64,000 nt of DNA from an uncultured candidate division Zixibacteria bacterium (GTDB lineage Bacteria > Zixibacteria > MSB-5A5 > GN15 > FEB-12). The DNA is taken from contig CAVTJJ010000003.1 of NCBI GenBank assembly GCA_963735035.1, positions 224,001 through 288,000 on the forward strand, read 5' to 3'. Under the pieces are notes generated by a model. The model saw only the letters and a list, made by a program, of their open reading frames with translations. It made no database searches and was not told the origin of the DNA. A program made the translations under genes and the position numbers. Of the stretch, positions 57,991 to 64,000 are shown one piece after another; the stretch's first letter is position 1; each line of letters opens with the position of its first letter.

Positions 57991-59798
57991 TACTTGCGCT
58001 CCTCGACTGCAGCGATGACCTTCCCACCCGCCTTCTTCGTCATGTAGGCTTCGATAATCTTCCCTACTACCGGCGCGGCGACAGTCGAGCCGTGACCGGC
58101 GTTTTCGACGATGGCGCAGACTACGATTTCCGGAGACTCAAGCGGGGCAATACCCACAAACAGCGAGTGATCTTCGCCGTGCGGGTTCTGCGCCGTGCCG
58201 GTCTTCCCGCCGACAGTGAATCCCATATGGCTGAGCGAGCGGGCCGTACCGCGATCCCCCATCACGACCAGACGAAGCCCCTCGATCAGAGTAGACATCG
58301 TTTCCTGCGAGAACGGCAACACAAACGAGCGGGTAGGCTGGATCACTTGGCGTCGGCCATCGGAATAAGTAACGGCCCGTACCAGGTGCGGTTTGAAGAC
58401 CGGCCCCCGATTGGCCAGACCACAAAAGAACTGGGTCAACTGCAGCGGCGTCACCAGGATTTCACCCTGACCTATCGAGTTATTCAATACCAATGCCTGG
58501 GTCCACCCCCGCTTGCCGTAACGCTTGTCATAATATTCGCTGTTGGGATTATTCCCGGACATTTCACCTGCGATTTCAATTCCGGTAGGCTTGCCAAAAC
58601 CACACAAATCGTAATATTTGCTCAGAACGTCGACGCCCAGTTTCAGACCGAGCTGATACATGTAGATATCACAGGACTGTTCGATAGCGTGGACGGCGGT
58701 GAGAGCGCCATGCCCTTTCAAATCCCAGCAATGAAAGATCCGGTTCCCGAACCGATAGCCGCCGGTGCAGGCATGGAAAGTAGTCAGGGGGGTAATGACT
58801 CGCTCTTCAAGACCGGCGCCGACCGTCAAGAGCTTGGCCGTTGAACCGGGCGGGTACAACCCGGTCAGAGGACGATTCAGAAGCGGGTGAGTAATGTCGG
58901 TTGACATGCGCTGCCAGGTCGTGTCCGGAATAACTCCGGAGAAGATATTCGCATCCCAGCTCGGATACGAAGTCATGGCCAGGATTTCGCCGTTGCGCGG
59001 ATCGATCGCTATCACGGCGCCGCAACAGAACGAATCCAATGCCAGAAGGCTGGCCCGCTGAAGATCCATATCGAGGGTCAAGTGCAGATCGGCCCCTGGC
59101 ACGGGATCTACCCGCGGACGGCCTTCGTAGGCGCCCAGCACCTGACCTGAAGCGAAAACTTCGATAAACTCGGTTCCTTCGACGCCGCGCAATTGCTGAT
59201 CGTAGGTCTTCTCCAGACCTTTCTTGCCAACTACCGAACCGAGCCTCAGCCCGGAAGATTTGTTCTGGTCGAGTTCCTCGCGTGAAACCTCGCTGACGTT
59301 ACCGGTGGCGCATTCGGCGCCGGTAATTTCGGCGTACTTGCGGACCCGCTCCATTTGATATGTGACTCCGGGAAAGCGGTCGTGCTGTTCTTCAAGTACC
59401 GCCACGACCTCAAACGGGATATCGCGGAAAACCGGAGCGGGCTGAAACCGGCTGATCGTGTTCTTGGTCATGCGGCGACGGATCTCAAGGGTATCGGTCT
59501 TGAGCAACCCCGCCAGGTTGAGCAGTGTCAGATGGGGTACTTCTTCGGAGGGTATTACCGAGACTGTGTACGACGCCCTGGTATCGACCATGATGCGGCC
59601 ATCCCGATCAAACAGCGTTCCACGCCGGGGAACAATCGGAACAACTCTGATACGGTTGTTTTCGGATTGTTCGGCCAGATCGTCGTGCTGAAACACTTGA
59701 AGGCGAAACAGTCCCGCCAATAGAAAAAGAAATATCAGGACGACGCTCGCCAGAGCAGCCGTTTCGCGTCCGGACATTGACAGGTTAAGGCGTTCCAT
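57990..59798 (-). CDS. mrdA: Penicillin-binding protein 2
   Basis: SENNRIR..P.RG, YPPGSTAK (SxxK), SCD, GKTGTAQ. Confidence 0.95.
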   Translation of the reverse strand: MERLNLSMSGRETAALASVVLIFLFLLAGLFRLQVFQHDDLAEQSENNRIRVVPIVPRRGTLFDRDGRIMVDTRASYTVSVIPSEEVPHLTLLNLAGLLKTDTLEIRRRMTKNTISRFQPAPVFRDIPFEVVAVLEEQHDRFPGVTYQMERVRKYAEITGAECATGNVSEVSREELDQNKSSGLRLGSVVGKKGLEKTYDQQLRGVEGTEFIEVFASGQVLGAYEGRPRVDPVPGADLHLTLDMDLQRASLLALDSFCCGAVIAIDPRNGEILAMTSYPSWDANIFSGVIPDTTWQRMSTDITHPLLNRPLTGLYPPGSTAKLLTVGAGLEERVITPLTTFHACTGGYRFGNRIFHCWDLKGHGALTAVHAIEQSCDIYMYQLGLKLGVDVLSKYYDLCGFGKPTGIEIAGEMSGNNPNSEYYDKRYGKRGWTQALVLNNSIGQGEILVTPLQLTQFFCGLANRGPVFKPHLVRAVTYSDGRRQVIQPTRSFVLPFSQETMSTLIEGLRLVVMGDRGTARSLSHMGFTVGGKTGTAQNPHGEDHSLFVGIAPLESPEIVVCAIVENAGHGSTVAAPVVGKIIEAYMTKKAGGKVIAAVEERK

Positions 59799-59806
59799 AT
59801 CGCTGC

Positions 59807-60295
59807 TCAGAATATCGTCTTAATTCGCTTGATCGTAAGCACTCGTTCTTTAACGAGGAAGAACATCCAGGCCAGCACTGAAGTATAAACGGCCCCGGCG
59901 AGGACGTAGGTGACCAGATTCAGCAGGAACCCGTCGGCCCGGCTAACCAGCAAGACCGCGGTGTTGTGCACCAGAATACCGGCGATAACCAGAAGAAGTT
60001 TGGCCCGAAGTGATTCGAGGTTCATGCGGTCTCTGATCTGGCAGGCAACCAGAGCCAGCGCCGCCATAATCAATCCCTGCAGTCCGAGTTGCGACGGCGG
60101 CCCACCAGCGAACGCGACCAGGCCGGCTACGAATCCAAACCAGGTGGCCGGGATGTCGTCTTTGTAGATGGCAACCATCATCACAACCAGCGCCGGAACG
60201 TTCATAGACGCCGTGTAGATATCGGTGGCGGTTTGCAGGATCACCACGTGAAAGGCGATCAGAACCAGATAGATCAAATAGGGGATGACTTTCAC
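59807..60295 (-). CDS. mreD: Rod shape-determining protein MreD
   Basis: Small polytopic membrane protein between mreC and mrdA; WFGFVAGL. Confidence 0.75.
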   Translation of the reverse strand: MKVIPYLIYLVLIAFHVVILQTATDIYTASMNVPALVVMMVAIYKDDIPATWFGFVAGLVAFAGGPPSQLGLQGLIMAALALVACQIRDRMNLESLRAKLLLVIAGILVHNTAVLLVSRADGFLLNLVTYVLAGAVYTSVLAWMFFLVKERVLTIKRIKTIF

Positions 60296-61083
60296 TGCCG
60301 ACGCTCCCGGAGCACAAACAATTCCTCTAACGAGTTGAAATTGGCGGCGGGATCGATCTGCACCCGGCAGAAGGTCTCCTCCGCCGGACGTTCAACTTCA
60401 CGCACCGTGCCTATCACCAGACCGGCGGGATAGGTTCCACCGAGACCGCTGGACAATACTTGGTAGCCCACCTCTATCTTTCCAAGTATCGGAAAGTTGT
60501 CCAGAATCATCCCTTCGTGCGTGCGATATCGGACGATTCCCATCTCCCTGCTTTCGGCAACGCGTGCCGCCACTCTATGCGTGGGATTGGTCAAGAGTTC
60601 GATTGTGGCTACAACTTCCATCGATGAAACGACTTTGCCAACCAGGCCGTCCTGATTTATCACGGGCATACCCGGTACGACGCCGTCCCGGGTTCCCCTG
60701 TTTATAACCGCAGATAGCGGCGCCACAGTTCCAGTGATAGAAACAACTTTGGCCGGCAGGAGCTCGTAACCGGGAGGCGGCTCGAAATTCAGCACGCTCC
60801 GCAGGCGGACATTTTCGCGCTGAATTTCGTTGAGGTTGGACAGGCGCAGGGTCGCCTCACGCAGAAGCAACTGGAGCCGTTCGTTTTCGGCCTTGACCCC
60901 CATCGTATTGGCCACGCTGGTCTTAACCCTGGCAAAGGGGTAATACAGAATAGTGGCTACGGCCCCGCCGACTACCGGCGCGAGTTGCGCCTGACCGACA
61001 ATCAGTCCGACAGCCAGAATGCACACGGCGACGAAATTGAGCGTGCGCACATAGCTTGAGACCAGGTTTGAAATCCATTTCAT
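60292..61083 (-). CDS. mreC: Rod shape-determining protein MreC
   Basis: ENERL...ENVRLR coiled coil, INRGTRDGV, GLVGKV, SSGLGGTYPAGLVIG. Confidence 0.93.
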   Translation of the reverse strand: MKWISNLVSSYVRTLNFVAVCILAVGLIVGQAQLAPVVGGAVATILYYPFARVKTSVANTMGVKAENERLQLLLREATLRLSNLNEIQRENVRLRSVLNFEPPPGYELLPAKVVSITGTVAPLSAVINRGTRDGVVPGMPVINQDGLVGKVVSSMEVVATIELLTNPTHRVAARVAESREMGIVRYRTHEGMILDNFPILGKIEVGYQVLSSGLGGTYPAGLVIGTVREVERPAEETFCRVQIDPAANFNSLEELFVLRERRQ

Positions 61084-61110
61084 GCGCTAAGTCGTTCCTA
61101 GTCTGAAGCG

Positions 61111-61563
61111 TTAGTCGATCTTGTCGATGAGCGCAAGTACGTCTCCCGGCGAAGTGGCTTCCATGAGTTTCTGACGGTTCTCGGGTGATTTCATGAGAAA
61201 CGAAAGGCGCGCCATGACATTCAGATGGGCGCCGATGGCGTCTTCCGGCGCGGCGATCAGGAAGAAGAGATGAACCGGCTTGTGGTCCATGGCGTCAAAA
61301 TCGATACCCCGGTCGTTGCGTCCGAAAGCGATCACGATACCCTTGACCGAACGGGTCTTGGCGTGCGGGAAAGCTACCCCATAGCCGACCCCGGTCGTCA
61401 CGAGCTCTTCCCGCTCCTTGACATCCTGCATCAGGCGATCATGATCCTTGACCATGGTGGAAGTACACGCAAGTTCCACCAACTCTTCAATTGAAGCCTC
61501 CTTGGTGGTCGCCTTCATATTGAAAACTACGAGGCTTTCTTCGCAGAATTTTGACAGTTTCAT
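61111..61563 (-). CDS. PTS IIA component (fructose/nitrogen-regulatory family)
   Basis: EREELVTTGVGYGVAFPHAK, GIDFDAMDHKPV, HLNVMARLS. Confidence 0.9.
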   Translation of the reverse strand: MKLSKFCEESLVVFNMKATTKEASIEELVELACTSTMVKDHDRLMQDVKEREELVTTGVGYGVAFPHAKTRSVKGIVIAFGRNDRGIDFDAMDHKPVHLFFLIAAPEDAIGAHLNVMARLSFLMKSPENRQKLMEATSPGDVLALIDKID

Positions 61564-61574
61564 CAGTGCATCCC

Positions 61575-61745
61575 TTATTTCAATTTCTCTGCTTCGTCCA
61601 GCATAAGAACCGGGATGTCGTCGGCCACGCGAAAGGCCAGGCGGCAATTACGACATTCCAGACGGTTCCGTTCGGGGAGGTAGTTGAGTATCCCGTGACA
61701 CTGGGGGCAGGCGAGTTTATCTACGAGTTTATCCGGCAGCGTCAT
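61575..61745 (-). CDS. Trm112/YcaR-family small protein
   Basis: Below the ORF-track cutoff: MTLPDKLVDKLACPQCHGILNYLPERNRLECRNCRLAFRVADDIPVLMLDEAEKLK*. TAATG overlap with accA. Confidence 0.88.
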   Translation of the reverse strand: MTLPDKLVDKLACPQCHGILNYLPERNRLECRNCRLAFRVADDIPVLMLDEAEKLK

Positions 61746-62710
61746 TATCGCACCTTGTATTCACCCATGGCGCGGAACTTCAACAGACGCTCTTCGAGAA
61801 GTTCCGCCACCGGTTTGTCTTTCAACTGGACCAGGGCCGCCAGGACATCGATCTTGACCAGACGGGCCGATTCGGCCGGGTCGTTGTGAGCGCCGCTCGG
61901 CGGCTCAGGAACAATTTTGTCGACCACGCCCAGACGGAGTAGAGTTTCGGCGGTCGGTTTCAGCGCCTCGGCAGCTTCGGGTCCTTTGGCCGAGTCGCGC
62001 CAGAGAATGGCGGCACACGCTTCGGGAGATATCACCGAGTACCAGGCATATTCGAGAACGAAGATTCTATCACCGATGCCGATACCCAGCGCGCCGCCCG
62101 AAGCACCTTCACCGAGTATGACTATGACAATCGGCACTTTGATCGTAAACATGGCGCGAAGATTCTCGGCAATGGCCCACGCCTGACCGCGCTCTTCGGC
62201 GCCGATGCCCGGATAAGCGCCCGGAGTATCGATGAGAATTAGTATCGGGACGCCGAACTTTTCGGCGAGATGAAACAGCCTGAGCGCCTTGCGATATCCT
62301 TCGGGGTTGGCCATGCCAAAATTGCGGCGCAGCTTGTCCTTGGTGTCACGCCCTTTTTCTTGGGCGACGATCATCACCTTGGTCCCGTCGAGTTTCGCAA
62401 AACCGCCGACCATGGCATGATCATCAGAGAAACAACGATCGCCGTGCAACTCGACAAAATCGGTTGTCATAAGCTTGATGAAATCGAGCGAATGCGGCCG
62501 GCGCGGATGACGGGAGAGCTGGACGCGCTGCCAGCGAGTGAGTGACGAATAGATCTCGCTGCGGAGCTGGTCGAGCTTCTCGCGCATCGAACGAATCTCG
62601 GTATCAAGCTGGACGCCTCCGCCTCCGGAGAAATCCTTCATGTCGGAAATCTTCTTTTCCAGCTCGACTATCGGCCGTTCAAAATCGAGATACTGATGTC
62701 CCTCAGCCAT
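61745..62710 (-). CDS. accA: Acetyl-CoA carboxylase carboxyltransferase alpha subunit
   Basis: LDFERPI, ELHGDR, NFGMANPEGYRKA, IDTPGAYPGIGAEERGQ. Confidence 0.97.
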   Translation of the reverse strand: MAEGHQYLDFERPIVELEKKISDMKDFSGGGGVQLDTEIRSMREKLDQLRSEIYSSLTRWQRVQLSRHPRRPHSLDFIKLMTTDFVELHGDRCFSDDHAMVGGFAKLDGTKVMIVAQEKGRDTKDKLRRNFGMANPEGYRKALRLFHLAEKFGVPILILIDTPGAYPGIGAEERGQAWAIAENLRAMFTIKVPIVIVILGEGASGGALGIGIGDRIFVLEYAWYSVISPEACAAILWRDSAKGPEAAEALKPTAETLLRLGVVDKIVPEPPSGAHNDPAESARLVKIDVLAALVQLKDKPVAELLEERLLKFRAMGEYKVR

Positions 62711-62743
62711 GCTCACCGTCTCGCAACAATTACCGGTTCAGTT

Positions 62744-63817
62744 TCAATTACCGTCGACTTCGCGCCGCCCCCGGTTAGGTCGGGAAAGTCGAGCCATAAA
62801 GATAAGGAACAGGACGGAAATTACAACCATAAAAAGGACCAGCAAACCAAACACTACCAACCGGTTAAGGAAATACATCGCCAGCGCGAAGAGGCCGAAG
62901 ACCGCCGACAGCACGTAAAAGACCCAAACCACCGCCCGGGGGGATAGCCCCGCGAGCGCCAAATAGTGAAACAGATGCCGACGGTCGGCTTTCATGACGT
63001 TCTTTCCGGCCGCCAAACGACGAGAAAACGAAATGACAGCTTCCATCAGCGGCACACCCAATACTAGCAACGGAAGATACAACGCCGCCGCCGTATACGA
63101 CTTAATAGGTACCAACAATGAGATGACTGCGAAGTAGTAACCAATCTGAAGCGACCCGGAATCGCCCAGGAATATCTTTGCGGGATACCGGTTGTAGACG
63201 AGAAAGACCGCAAGGAACCCAATCAGCGCATAGGCAAACAACACCGCCGGACCGGCCGAATATAGAATTCCTATAATTATCAACGTCAGCGCCGCAATCA
63301 ACGAGACGCCCGCCGCGAGGCCGTCGAGGCCGTCAATCAGATTGATCGCGTTGGTGAGCATCACCACCCAGACCACCGTAATCAGCATGGAGAGTGAGCC
63401 AATTTCATAGGTGCCGGCGAAAGGAATCGTGATCGGATCAATTGTAAGCCCGCCCCCGTATAGAACCAGGCCGACCGCAATCTGCGCTGTCAGTTTGGAC
63501 CAGGCCGAAAGCGGTTTGATGTCATCGGCTAATCCAAGCAGGAGAATCATCACCGCGCCGGCAAAGATATACGGAAGCGACCGGCCTAACTCCGTCGCTG
63601 TAGACTGCGAAACCAGTATGCTCACACCGAGGGCAATCCAAACGGACACGAACAGCACCGCACCACCGATATTGGGGACCGGACGCTTATGTCGTTTGTG
63701 GCGTCCGGGTCGATCTACCAGATCGAGCTTTTCAGCGAGACGAATCGCGGGCCGCATCAACACCAGCGCCGATAGCAGACTGACAACGAGTGCGGACAGG
63801 AGCGCGGGCCAGTTCAT
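62744..63817 (-). CDS. MraY/WecA-family (PNPT) polyprenyl-phosphate GlcNAc-1-phosphate transferase
   Basis: GLADD, NAINLIDGLDGLAAG, YPAKIFLGDSGS, ADRRHLFH. Confidence 0.9.
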   Translation of the reverse strand: MNWPALLSALVVSLLSALVLMRPAIRLAEKLDLVDRPGRHKRHKRPVPNIGGAVLFVSVWIALGVSILVSQSTATELGRSLPYIFAGAVMILLLGLADDIKPLSAWSKLTAQIAVGLVLYGGGLTIDPITIPFAGTYEIGSLSMLITVVWVVMLTNAINLIDGLDGLAAGVSLIAALTLIIIGILYSAGPAVLFAYALIGFLAVFLVYNRYPAKIFLGDSGSLQIGYYFAVISLLVPIKSYTAAALYLPLLVLGVPLMEAVISFSRRLAAGKNVMKADRRHLFHYLALAGLSPRAVVWVFYVLSAVFGLFALAMYFLNRLVVFGLLVLFMVVISVLFLIFMARLSRPNRGRREVDGN

Positions 63818-63999
63818 CGTGGTCGATCTCCCCCGCTCCGTGGCGGCAACAGCAACGACCCCAGCAAGTTCAGGCCCAAGAGAACCGGTAACAGCACCAC
63901 CGAGAATCCGTTCGGGAAGTTCTTGAGGAAATATTTCCAGACCGAGAGATGGTGCCACCAGAGCCGACGCACGCGCCCTTCGCGACTTCCCTCACCCCA
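63814..63999 (-). CDS. C-terminal end of a probable GT2 glycosyltransferase (begins outside the window)
   Basis: Manual translation WGEGSREGRVRRLWWHHLSVWKYFLKNFPNG...GDRPR*; ATGA overlap with the next gene. Confidence 0.5.
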   Translation of the reverse strand, partial: WGEGSREGRVRRLWWHHLSVWKYFLKNFPNGFSVVLLPVLLGLNLLGSLLLPPRSGGDRPR

Positions 64000-64000
64000 G

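Overview
GC-rich diderm bacterial chromosome segment. The C-terminal domain signature suggests candidate phylum Zixibacteria; this is inference only. The core genes are carA-carB-pyk and a long minus-strand run: GT2, wecA/mraY-like, accA, Trm112, PTS IIA, mreC, mreD, mrdA, rodA, aspartyl protease, OMP, gap, pgk, tpiA, secG and tRNA-Leu(GAG). The signalling loci are a CheY-like/CheC-like pair, a TonB receptor-YfiR-like-hybrid kinase operon and an ECF sigma/anti-sigma pair. The dominant accessory signal is 12 minus-strand genes for secreted proteins with mostly unrelated N-termini that all end in the same Cys-bracketed dockerin-like domain (CC.GRVGDANG.GGDEPTIGD...EADINQSGG...TIGDIS.LIDYLFITG...LP.CL-stop). 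One of them also has a cohesin-like domain. Two are small adaptor-like proteins encoded downstream of fibre-like proteins that lack the tag. One is split by the ORF caller at an in-frame TGA in a thioredoxin-type W-U-P-Y-C motif followed by a SECIS-like hairpin, making it a likely secreted selenoprotein. Also present: a degenerate tRNA-Leu/terminator duplicate bracketing a ~4 kb fibre module, three REP-like elements, and three single-base-insertion frameshifts (probably sequencing errors).
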